Below are positions 26,401 to 37,289 of a DNA stretch of 64,000 nt, piece after piece (within the stretch, counting starts at the first letter, position 1; every line of letters starts with the position of its first letter). The position numbers were made by a program, and so were the translations under genes. The notes beneath the pieces are model-generated. The model saw only the letters and a program-made list of their open reading frames with translations. It was not told the origin of the DNA and did no database searches. Origin of the DNA: Lytechinus pictus (lineage: Eukaryota); assembly GCF_037042905.1 (NCBI RefSeq), contig NC_087246.1, positions 47,988,001 through 48,052,000 on the forward strand, read 5' to 3'.

Positions 26401-28608
26401 CTTTGAAACAATTACAGTATGTTTAAAACATTAAAATATCAAGTATTACATTTATAACATCAGCAAGACAGTGATAAGTAGATCATTTTTAAAATTACCG
26501 AGGTACCTCAAGGGAAGGTTTTACATTATCTTCAAAGATATAATGTAAATGTATTGGAAATTTGTAGAGCACCGGTAAATAATTGTTTCAGATAAATGAC
26601 TCCTCATATTTTATTTTGTTTGTTATCTAATAATTTCATTTTGGGCTTTATCAAAAAATGTATTTTTGTTATACTTGAAAAATATGTTTATATGTTCCAA
26701 ATAAATTTTATAAGATGCTTATAAAGGTTAGACTCACAATCATTGTCCATTACAATTGTTCCTACCACACCCTTGTGGGCGGTAATCCTTTTCATTGTTT
26801 CCTCAGCTTCAGACTGAAATTAAAAGAAAAGACAGTTGTTAATTTAAAAGAGATGGTTTTTCAAAATCATCATTTCATTAGAAATATCAAACATAGCTCA
26901 CAGAGATTAAGTCATGTCAAGGCAGCATTTCTAACACAAAATGTGACTTGATTCTATGTGAGACTAGATGGTTTCTCAACCGAGTGCAGTCTCGAATAGC
27001 CAGATGAGAATATAAAATACATAACTTTTGTTAAAAATTTCAAATGATATTACCTCTGATAACTTTGTGAATACAAAATGTAATGAGATTGTCATTCCTA
27101 TATGAGTGGTTAAACATGTGTGTTTAAGTTTAAACTTTGAAGCATTATGTAAAAAATATATATATATATATAAATTCTTTACCCTAGCTACTGGAAATAA
27201 TATCATGTTCCCCACTCAGAGCACAGGCCACAAGCCTATATTCACAATGTGGACAAACATTCGCTTTGTGAGCATGCATTCTATGTATGAATAACTTCAT
27301 ATCAACTAAACACCCTAAAACCAAAACAAATCTTAGTGTCATTTTCATCCGGGGGGCACATCATTAATGCAAAATCATCACTAGCCGCACACGCCTGCAG
27401 CAATTATATCCTGCTTGAGGAGTTTGACTGCAGTAGGACTACAAGGAAGAAGAAACTTTGTATGAATAGGCTTTAAAAAGTGGCATTTTGGAAAATAAAC
27501 TAGCCAGCAAAAATGTAAACAGACCATTTTCCACAAATAAAAGTAGGCACCTAGGGCCTGGTCTATTTGGTGGAAATTGAGAAATGAAACCCCTCAAGAG
27601 AAATTAAGTATAGAAATGTCAAAAGTATTTATTAGATTTACTATGATATAAATATGATAATCCAACGTTACGCGACGCACGCGTCCGTAACATTGGGGAA
27701 AACCAATAGGAAACAAGATGGCAGCATAACCATCGGGCAAGTCTCTTCCATCCTTTCATAATATTTTTCTCATTTTTTTGATGAATTCTTGTTTAAAAAT
27801 AAAATCGATAGCGTAGAAATGTCAGAAATGAAGTTGTTTCCCATTCATGCCATGTAATAAAAATAGACCAAAAGCTTCGGTCTATGTTATGTTGGTTGTT
27901 CAGCTGAACTCTGTTGGCTTCACTCGCCAAATACAGAGACCGAAGTTCTAGCGCGATCTGTACAGGGGACTAATGGCGATATGTTTACATGTACCGGTAT
28001 GTGTATTAAGTTCGGATAAAACAGGGCAGTGAAGTTGCGCGACAGCTGAGGTAAGTCACTGTTTTTGTTCCTTTTAACTTGATTTTCACCGTGTTTTGGC
28101 AATTAATGCCAAGCCCAAGCCAGGCCTAGATCTTTTTTAGTTACTTTTACTTTTAGTTTTACTTTTAGAAGTAGAAATCTCGGGGGCGAAAGTTTTGGGT
28201 GGTGCGTGCAGATGTATGGGAAGCAATTCCAGGCTTCGTTGAGAGTAAGCATACGTTAGTAAGTGATTTATACTCTCTAGGAGCCTCCAGCTAGGCCTAG
28301 GCTACGTATGACACACGCACAGTCTCACAGACATGACTCGACGGTCCTCCAGCAGGCGGGCTCCCCCGCCTGGGCACGGGCCGACCGGCTTGGGCGTAAA
28401 GGGCAGCGCAGCTGCGATGCCCCCTCAAATCAGACTCGGAGAGGGGATCAGGCCTAATGAAATTGTAATGGATGATTATAAGACTTTTTACGAATAAAAA
28501 CTAACCATTCGCTGATATGAAATAATCTACACAATTTAAGCTGATTATTACATTTAAAAAATCACTGGTATATGCAAAAGAACAAGAAATTTGTTTGTTT
28601 ATTACCAT
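23455..28608 (-). CDS. DYNLRB: Dynein light chain roadblock-type (LC7) paralog 1, 4 exons, 97 aa
   Basis: Exons 28606-28608 (ATG only, the least certain), 26738-26813, 24314-24481, 23455-23501. Translation: MSEAEETMKRITAHKGVVGTIVMDNDSIPLKTTLDNSTTVQYCQQYKPVIGLARSCVRDIDPVDNLAFLRVRTKRNEVMVAPGKECSLLVIQNPSES. GT-AG boundaries; the 3/76/168-nt exons give a consistent frame. Confidence 0.88.
27864..28112. repeat. Non-coding block homologous to 52033-52275
   Basis: Shared strings TAGACCAAAAGCTTCGGTCT, GCTGAACTC, GTATTAAGTTCGGATAAAACAGGG and GTAAGTCACTGTTTTT in the same order. Confidence 0.85.
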
Positions 28609-28645
28609 GTTTAGATTATCCGTTTCCCTGGCCTTGTTGAACTTG

Positions 28646-28662
28646 GTTGCTATACGATAAAC
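28646..28662. promoter_or_regulatory. Candidate RFX X-box (one good half-site) upstream of roadblock paralog 1
   Basis: GTTGCTATACGATAAAC about 40 bp upstream of the ATG exon. Confidence 0.35.
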
Positions 28663-28706
28663 GACAAACGTATCGTAGAGGGCGTCGGCGTCAAGACATT
28701 TCTTAA

Positions 28707-30464
28707 AGGGGAATCCAGCCTTGGCCATAAAATGTTGTGTTGGGTAGGAGAAAAATCAATTTAACAGAATGGTGAAAGTTTGAAAGAAATCGGACCAGCA
28801 AAGAAAGTTATAGCTGCTTTAAAATTGAGATCATTAATAGACTGCTGGCTAGCGACCGACGGGTTTCCATTCTCAGCCGTTCTCTGATTGGTCAGTTAAG
28901 ACAGTGCGGACGTGTCTGTGTGTTCCGTTCCGTGTGTGTGTGTGTGATGCGAAGCGTGCTGTACATGTGTTCATTGGACGTGTGGGCATAGAGTAGATAC
29001 CCAGTCGTTTTATTGATTTTAACCTTACAATAACAACGATCAGAGATGGGTTTATTTTGTTGCTGTGTGCATGTGAAGGATAGAAGTTTCTTACAGCTTA
29101 TTATTATAATTAACTGACTCTCTTTCCAAGCTTAAAATTATAACGATAATTTCTACATTCCAATTGTGTGATTTGTTTGTTTTAGAAAAGGTCTTTTATT
29201 TAAAATGGAAACATGCCAGTCAATGGACCATATGTTCTAGTGTTTAATGAAAATGGAAAACATGCTGGTCAATTGGCTATGTGTTTCAGTGTATAATGAA
29301 AATGGAAACATGCTGGTCAATTGACCAGTATAATATGAAAATTGAAACATGCCGGTCAGTTGACCATATGTTTCAGTGTATAATGAAAAAGGAAACATGC
29401 CGGTCAATTGACCGGTATAATATGAAAATTGAAACATGCCGGTCAATTGACCGGCATGTTTCCATTTTCATATTATACCGGTCAATTGTATGACCGGCAT
29501 GTTTCCATTTTCATATTATACCGGTCAATTGACCAGCATGTTTCCATTTTCATTATACACTGAAACACATAGCCAATTTCCATTTTCATTAACCACTAGA
29601 ACATATGGTCCATTGACTGGCATGTTTCCATTTTAAATAAAAGACCTTTTCTAAAACAAACAAATCACACAATTGGAATGTAGCAATTATCGTTATAATT
29701 TTAAGCTTGGAAAGAGAGTCAGTTAATTATAATAATAAGCTGTAAGAAACTTCTATCCTTCACATGCACACAGCAACAAAATAAACCCATCCCTGATCGT
29801 TGTTATTGTAAGGTTAATATCAATAAAACGACTGGGTATCTATTCTATGCCCACACGTCCAGTGAACACATGTACAGCACGCTTCGCATCACATACACAC
29901 ACGGAACACACAGACACTGCACTGTCTTAACTGACCAATCAGAGAACGGCTGAGAATGGAAATCCGTCGGTCGCTAGCCAGCAGTATTAATAGTATGTAG
30001 ATTTCAAATTGGCAACTGGGTAAGTAAATTATGACAAGAGGCAAGGACAACTTTCCCATAGGCCATGTACTCTTTTATCAGGGATTTGTGGTTTTCTCCT
30101 ACTTGTAAGTTACAGTACCCATTCCCCTGGGGCAGTAATCTAAATATAACCCAGGTAGTATATTGTTTTATGTCCTCATGAAAGAAAAATGTAATTTGAA
30201 ATAAAACTTCTGGGAAAAATGAAATTTTAGCCATAATATGTATTGGAGTACATGGAAGAGTAGTCCTTGCCTTACATCACTATGACATCCCATATGCGGC
30301 CAATTTGAAGTCTCCATGGGTATAGTGATTACCAATATTTACAACTTTTAAGGATTTATAACTTTCTTGTTGTTTGTCCAATATTGTTCAAACTTTCACC
30401 TATCAACTTGTCTGATTTTTCTTTTTCTTATAAAAACAAGTTTTTATTTGGGTTGGATTCCCCT
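28707..30464. mobile_element. Non-autonomous Kolobok-like element hosting a foldback insertion
   Basis: TTAA|AGGGGAATCCA ... TGGATTCCCCT|TTAA: TTAA target duplication and AG...CT termini. Confidence 0.75.
28841..29985. mobile_element. Foldback DNA element, almost fully palindromic, 8-bp TSD
   Basis: TIR ACTGCTGGCTAGCGACCGACGG; inverted arms longer than 400 bp; central ~40-bp subrepeats; ATTAATAG at 28833-28840 and 29986-29993. Confidence 0.9.
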
Positions 30465-30759
30465 TTAACAATAACAGCTACAGACAGACTCCTCTTTCCT
30501 CGTCCAATACTCAGCTAGCTCACTCATGTCATTGTTCATACTTTATTTTTGTTGTTGTTGTTGTTGCATTGTAAATTTTAGGGATTGTACATGCATGCAT
30601 TGTTTCTTTTTTATTTCGGGAAGAATGATTGGATGTAGGAAAGAGGAAATGAAAGAAAGGAAGGATTTAAAAGCACCTAAAACTGGAAGCTACTCGAGAG
30701 CAGTATTACCAGTAAAAATCACACACTTTGTACAGTTGGTTTCTAGTATTGTAGATATA

Positions 30760-31065
30760 ATGTAGGGTAAGTTAAAATATAATCTTGTTTCATATATTAG
30801 GAAGATTGTTGTTTGCTTCAGATATTTGCATATTATTTGACTCATGGATATGTATGTATTTTATTATTTTTTCTCCATATTCCAGTACTTGTCGTAGTTT
30901 ATACTTTTGTTACAATATGTTAATGTTTTATACTAACTATAGGACCCCATTGGAAATAAGCCTTTCGGCTTTCATGGGCTATCCTGTCAAGGTATTCTTC
31001 AAATTTCATTGTAATCTCCTGTGATATTCTTGACGAATAAAATCAATCAATCAATCAATCAATCA
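30760..31065 (+). mobile_element. 3' end of a CR1/L2-type LINE with an (ATCA)n tail
   Basis: AATAAA followed by (ATCA)n at about 31037-31065, preceded by a stem-loop-like segment; the 5' limit is approximate. Confidence 0.5.
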
Positions 31066-32112
31066 TAAAAGTCAGATTGGTTAATCGACCTTATAGCCCG
31101 CTTTTGCAATTCAATAACATATCTTATAACGTCTTGTTTGTATTGCCCCAAGCCAATAAATACCATAAATTAGTCGTGATGGAATGAGAGTCATATATAA
31201 TTTTAATAGTATATAATCAGGAATAAAGAATTTCAGCTTGTTTAAAATACCTATACTTCTAGAAGTCAATTTACACTAGTAATTGATATGACAAAATATT
31301 GGAAGAATTTTTAAAATCATTAAAGAATGAAAAAGTAGGGAACCAAGGAGTGATCCTTGGGGTACTCCGCAAGATATTGATTTCAAACTAGAATTTATAC
31401 CTGCATAAAAAACAAATTGATTACGAGAATTGAGGTAGTTCCTGAACCAATCCAAGGCCTTACCACGAACACCATAATGTGATAATTTATATAACAATAT
31501 ATCATGGTAGATCGTGTCGAAGGCCTTGGAAAGGTCCAGGAATATACCAACAGTATGTAATGACTTATCGACGGCACATACCACCTTATCAATAAAAAAA
31601 AGTAAAGCATGAACATGAATCACGTAATATTTGACAGTCTTTTTAAAAATTTGATTAAGCGTGAGAACATTAACTTTTCTAGAAACTTTGAAAGCGAAGT
31701 GAGAAGTGAAATTGGACGATAGTTGCAAACTTCCCGTATATCATCTTTAAAAAAAAACGGGTATAACTTTAGCTACTTTCATAATTTATTACAAGGAACA
31801 ACGCCATTTGATAATGAGAGATTAAAAATATATGTCAATGGTGAGAGTATTTCATTAATTACCTTTTTCAAAAGGAAATTTGTTATTCCATCACTACCAG
31901 GACTCTTATCACATTTTAAATTATTTACAATATCTTTAACTTCGTATTCAAATATAGGGGTAAGGAAAATAGATTGCGGATAAGGATTCTTTAAAAAAAA
32001 AGATGTAAATTCTCTATCAGGTTCAGGGATATTCATTGAGAGGTTACCAATTTGAACAAAGTAATCGTTATACAACTCAGCTATTTCAGCAGGATCTTCG
32101 ACAATTTTCCCG

Positions 32113-32522
32113 TAGGTGAAACATACCCTTCGGGATAAGTTCCTGAAGTAGTTCCTGAAGTTACGAGCATGCGCAGTATGGTCTGATAAGCAAGCAAGGC
32201 GCGAGATTCAAAATCACTAGCCCAGCAGCCACCCACGGCGCCGCACCCAACGACACGCTGGGCTTAAAGTTCCCGTAATTTGCTTTCAGACCGCCAAAAT
32301 ACCCACGACCTTGGAAAAATCCCCGCGAAAGTTCTCGTAATTTCGCCAAGTACCTACTATTTATCGGGTATTTTCTTTCGGGGATATTACGCGTAGTTTG
32401 CTTTCAGACCGCCAAAATACCTGGTATTTTCTGATCGGGGTAAATTTCCCGATCAGAGAATACCTGGAACTGGCGAACTTCGATGCGGTCTGAAACCACC
32501 TATTGTGTGAGATTTATTTTGT
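32113..32522. mobile_element. MITE copy 1 (internally deleted) inserted in the LINE
   Basis: Near-identical to 32748-33120; ends TAGGTG ... GAAACCACCTA. Confidence 0.75.
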
Positions 32523-32636
32523 TGGTTCGGATTTTTTGTTTGATCGTAGGACCTTGTTTATCACTCTCCACGTACTCGAAATATCATTCTTGTACTTGAT
32601 AAATTGTTCAGAAAAATACATTTTGGGGGCAAGACG

Positions 32637-33125
32637 TAAGTTGGTTTCAAACCGCCTCGATCACAAGAATCCCCGTTAAATTACGAGAACTTTTTTAGGC
32701 TGAAAAATACCCATTAATTATTCCTGCATTCACACCGCCCTGGGCCTGAAACATACCCTTCGGGATAAGTTCCTGAAGTTACGAGCATGCGCAGTATGGT
32801 CTGATAAGCAGCAAGGCGCGAAATTCAAAATCACGAGCCCAGCAGCAACCCATGCACGGCGCCGCACCCAACGACACGCTGGGCTAAAAGTTCCCGTAAT
32901 TTGCTTTCAGACCGCCAAAATACCCACGACCTTGGAAAAATCCCCGCGAAAGTTCTCGTAATTTCGCCAAGTACCTACTATTTATCGGGTATTTTCTTTC
33001 GGGGATATTACGCGTAGTTTGCTTTCAGACCGCCAAAATACCTGGTATTTTCTGATCGGGGTAAATTTCCCGATCAGAGAATACCTGGAACTGGCGAACT
33101 TCGAGGCGGTCTGAAACCACATGTA
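32637..33125. mobile_element. MITE copy 2 (fuller) inserted in the LINE
   Basis: TIR GGTTTCAAACCGCCTCGA ... TCGAGGCGGTCTGAAACC. Confidence 0.8.
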
Positions 33126-34405
33126 GTGAAGTTGTCAGTACATTACGATATCGAATATATTTCCTATTAAGTTTATCATTACCGGACTGTTTCTTATATT
33201 TGCAAAATATAAGAAACTAAATATAAGAAACTTAACTATAAGAAAATAAATTGTTTTACGGTTGATAGACTTAAGGAGAGATTTACAGATCCAGGGGAGC
33301 GCTCTTTTTTATATGTGGAGCGGGAAAACTTCTTAAGAGGGATTGTAGCGGTGTGTAAGTAGACGTAAAAATATCAAAGAATTTGTCAAAACAAATATCC
33401 GAGTCTTGAATGTTATAAATAGCATTCCAGTCGATCTCAGTTAATCTCTCCCCAAGTCTATTTGAATTTTCTTCTGAAATGTCTCGAACATTAATTGATG
33501 CAGATTTATTATTATCTCTGCCGAAAAATAGCTCAACAAAATAAGGGAAATGGTCTGACAACAGAGGCGTCGATCCGGGGGGGGGGCTATCGCCCCACCA
33601 AGGAAAATATGGGGGCAAGCATAGCATTTTGCCCCCCCCCCCCAATAATTCCGTACGTGCAAAAAGAAAATAAAACTATAAAGTTACACAGATATTGGCA
33701 AATTAACCAGATACAGTATAAAATTGTTTTTACATCTATAGTACAATACAAAATTGTGATTTTCCGCGCGCTCCGCCCGGGAAATGATTCCATTTATCAT
33801 TTGAACTTTTGTTAAGGTACATTTACGCAGGATTTTCAATATATAGGCATTCTTTTTTTTGCCGATGAAACAAGAAAATGGCAAATGCTTTTTATATAGG
33901 CGGATCCAGGTGAGTTATGTATATAACTAAGTTGATTTTTTTTAAATACTTATTTCCCTTTTAATGACAGTTGTATAATAAATTTCGGCTCGCAATTTGT
34001 GCTCGCATCGTTAGAAAATACATGTACCTATGCATCCTATATTCATGATTTTAAAAAAGGTGTCATGGTCACAAGATCGAGGAGAGATAATTATGCAAAT
34101 AAACTTGGAAGAGGAAAAGAATGGGATAAAACCACAAAGTGATATTTAAAACATGAAACTTCACCAATAATGCAGCTGTTGCATAAAAATGAAAAATATC
34201 GCATTATATGGAGAGAAAAAAGATTCGTGATTACCAGATAATCAGAAAATACAAAAACTGAAGATTTACCTCACGACATAAATTTGAAATTATGTTGAGA
34301 AGTCACATTCTATAACAATTTTCTTCGGCAGAGAGTAGCATTCAAAATCTTACTTTTTGTATACAATGCTCTTATTGGTCAAGCTCCTGCATGGCTACAT
34401 TATTG

Positions 34406-35105
34406 TTAAAGGACAAGTCCATTTGAATTGAAAGAGAAAAATCCAACAAGCACAACACTGAAAATTTCATCAAAATCGGATGTTAAAATAATAAAGTTAT
34501 GACATCTTTAAATTTCGCTTAATTTCACAAAATAGTTGGCCAAAGTTCATTGACCTTACATGACCTTTGACCTTCATCATGTGACCTGAAACTCGCACAG
34601 AATGTTTAGTGATACCTGATCAACCTTATGTTCAAGTTTTAAATTTCGCTTAATTTCACAAAATAGTTGGCCAAAGTTCATTGACCTTACATGACCTTTG
34701 ACCTTCATCATGTGACCTGAAACTCGCATAGAATGTTTAGTGATACCTGATCAACCTTATGTTCAAGTTTCATGAACTAAGTTTATATATTTTCTAAGTT
34801 ATGATGACATTTCAAAAACTTAACCTTAGGTTAAGATTTTGATGTTGATTCCCCCAACTTGGTCTAGGTTCATTGACCCTAAATGACCTTTGGCCTTGGT
34901 CATGTGACCTGAAACTCAGGCAGGATGTTCAGTAATACTCGAGTAATCTTATGGCCAAGTTTCACGAACTAGGTCCATATACTTTCTGAGTTATGTTGTC
35001 ATTTCAAAAACGTAACCTTCGGTTAATATTTGGTGTTGGCGCCGCCGCCGTCGGAAAAGCGGCGCCTATAGTCTCACTCTGCTATGCAAGTGAGACAAAA
35101 AAAAA
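34406..35105 (-). mobile_element. Chimera: Kolobok-like left end fused to the 5' half of a family A HINE (reverse orientation)
   Basis: TTAAAGGACAAGTCCA at 34406; from about 34537 the reverse complement of 13816-14220, ending in CTATAGTCTCACTCTGCTATGCAAGTGAGACAAAAA. Confidence 0.75.
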
Positions 35106-35734
35106 CTCCCTCGTTAAAACAGGTCGGGAGAATGATACAAACATAGGTTATAAAGTAGACATAAATTCATAATGTGATAATTGAAGCAAAATAGTGAAAT
35201 AATGATAATAGTTGGTTATTTAATGTGTACATGATGTAGGAATATTGCGCTTACAGAGTACAAGTTACGTGATATAAAGGAACACGTTACAAAATGGGTT
35301 AACAAAATCTATAGAATATATGGTGTTGATAACATATAATATACAAGCATTGGAGTTCAATAAACAAATCTATAAGTTGTGGAGAAAGTTGAGACAAGAA
35401 TATAATTTTTTTAAATCACAAAGAGGAAGGCTCCCTATATTGAGAAATAGAGAAAGGGATCATGTCTAAAAAGCATTATGCAAGATAAATCATATTAGGT
35501 AAGAAGGCATCAAATTATATATGAAAACTGTCATTATCTGTTGAATCATTATTACTGCCATATTTGATGTTTTAAATATCGGTATTATCATTCTATTATT
35601 ACCATTATCAAATGTTGTGGTTTCATATGTTCGTAAACTCAAATTTCAAAATACGGATATTAAAAATGAACTAAACACTATATGTTTTAGAGTTTTGAAA
35701 ATAAATCGGAGCAAAGAAGATTAAGATTATCTCC

Positions 35735-35990
35735 GCACTGTAAGAAATATTGCGTAAAATTTTAACCAGCACGAGGGTAGTTATGTGTCCAACCAATTTT
35801 GGGCAGTATTTTACCCAATGCGGAAAGCATATTGTCCAGTAAGTTTAAAAACTAAGCAGCAATTTCTTTAGAATGGGCCAAAATTTTCATCACATTGGAT
35901 AAATAAAAATGCCTAAAATAAATGCCCAATGTTGGTTGGACACATAATTACCCTCATGGAGCATTTTTACCCAATATTTTTTTAGAGTGT
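35735..35990. mobile_element. Small MITE with CACT termini
   Basis: CACTGTAAGAAATATTGCGTAAAAT ... ATTTTTACCCAATATTTTTTTAGAGTG. Confidence 0.6.
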
Positions 35991-36088
35991 ATCCACTTTT
36001 TTTTTAATTGGGAGGCTGATATGCCTCCTCGATGAGCAAGAACGTTATTCATGATAGGCAGCCAATGTGATAATAATCATATTGAAGG

Positions 36089-36500
36089 AAACTTATATAA
36101 AATTACATGTACAAAACTTATATAAAACTTACATGAACTTATATAAAACTTATACAAAACTTATATAAAACTTATATAAAACTTACATGTACAAACTTCT
36201 GACAGTCCTTTCTCGTGTTAAGTACCGGTTTATATAAAACTTATATAAAACTTATATAAGTTTATATAAAACTTATATAAAACTTATATAAAACTTATAT
36301 AAAACTTAAGTACCGGTTTATATAAAACTTATATAAAACTTATATAAGTTTATATAAAACTTATATAAAACTTATATAAAACTTATATAAAACTTAAGTA
36401 CCGGTATATATAAAACTTATATAACACTTATATAAAACTTATATAAAACTTACATGTACAAACTTCTGACAGTCCTTTCTCGTGTTAAGTACCGGTATAT
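36089..36500. repeat. (AAACTTATAT)n minisatellite with duplicated unique spacer
   Basis: 10-bp period; block ACATGTACAAACTTCTGACAGTCCTTTCTCGTGTTAAGTACCGGT occurs at 36185 and 36452. Confidence 0.85.
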
Positions 36501-37289
36501 ATATTTTGTTTTAATACCATGGATACTGTACTACCACCAGAGGAGATACTACGATCGATTAACAGGCACTCAACTCAAGCCTACAGCATCGTGGACTTAA
36601 AGTAAAGTAAAGTAAGTAAAATGGATAGCATGGCTTGCATTTGTCATACAGAATACTGAGAATGCAAGTGATAATAATATAACTCATCAGACCCAACGCT
36701 CTAAATCGCGAAAAGGACATATTTATGAAAACCAGTGCACACCTTGATCATGAATATTAAAAAATAGCCAAAAACTCCAAATCGGAAAGCAGTTATCCTT
36801 GATAATATTAATAACTTAGGCCTACTCCAAGTCTCCACCCCCCCCCCCCCCCATCACCACCCCCAAAAAATACGTTTTCGAAATTTTGAAAAAGGGTTTT
36901 CGCTCCCAAATGATAGCGATGTTGGTTTTAAAAATTGACAAGCCCCCCCCCAAAAAAAAAAAAAAATCGGTCAGTCACAAATAAAAGGTGATTTGGGTCA
37001 AATCTCTATAAGTTTTAGCATGGCACCCACCGAATTACAAGGAGATGTGAGTGCACCCCCCCCCCCCCAGCACCTCCTCTTCTTAGGGCCATGATGTACT
37101 CTTCGATATAAATGATTTTTTTTTTTTTTAATAGACTACGCCAAAAATTGTCAGTACTCACCAAAAATCCGATGCTTTCGATAAAAAAGAATCAATTTAC
37201 ATATGATGGCACAAGTCATGTTGACCGCTTCCGTTGAAAGAAAAAAAATACAAACTTTGTCACAGCTCTGAGCTGTATTTTTATAATAA

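Larger units (their letters stand above)
31070..33565 (-). mobile_element. Decayed CR1/L2-clade LINE ORF2 (endonuclease end plus reverse transcriptase), interrupted
   Basis: LSDHFPYF (APE C-terminus), KSPGSDGITNFLLKKV, GIFLDLSKAFDTIYHDILLYKLSHYGVRG and CGVPQGSLLGSLLF, with frameshifts and insertions. Confidence 0.9.

Noticed and set aside
27731-27733. Alternative ATG micro-exon for roadblock paralog 1
   Set aside because: Weaker donor (GTTATG) and context than 28606-28608, whose position mirrors paralog 2; not fully excluded.
29237-29493. Repetitive ORFs on both strands
   Set aside because: Translations of the foldback element's central subrepeats.
31276-32075. Active or domesticated reverse transcriptase
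   Set aside because: Multiple frameshifts, deletions and MITE insertions; no catalytic YADD motif seen.
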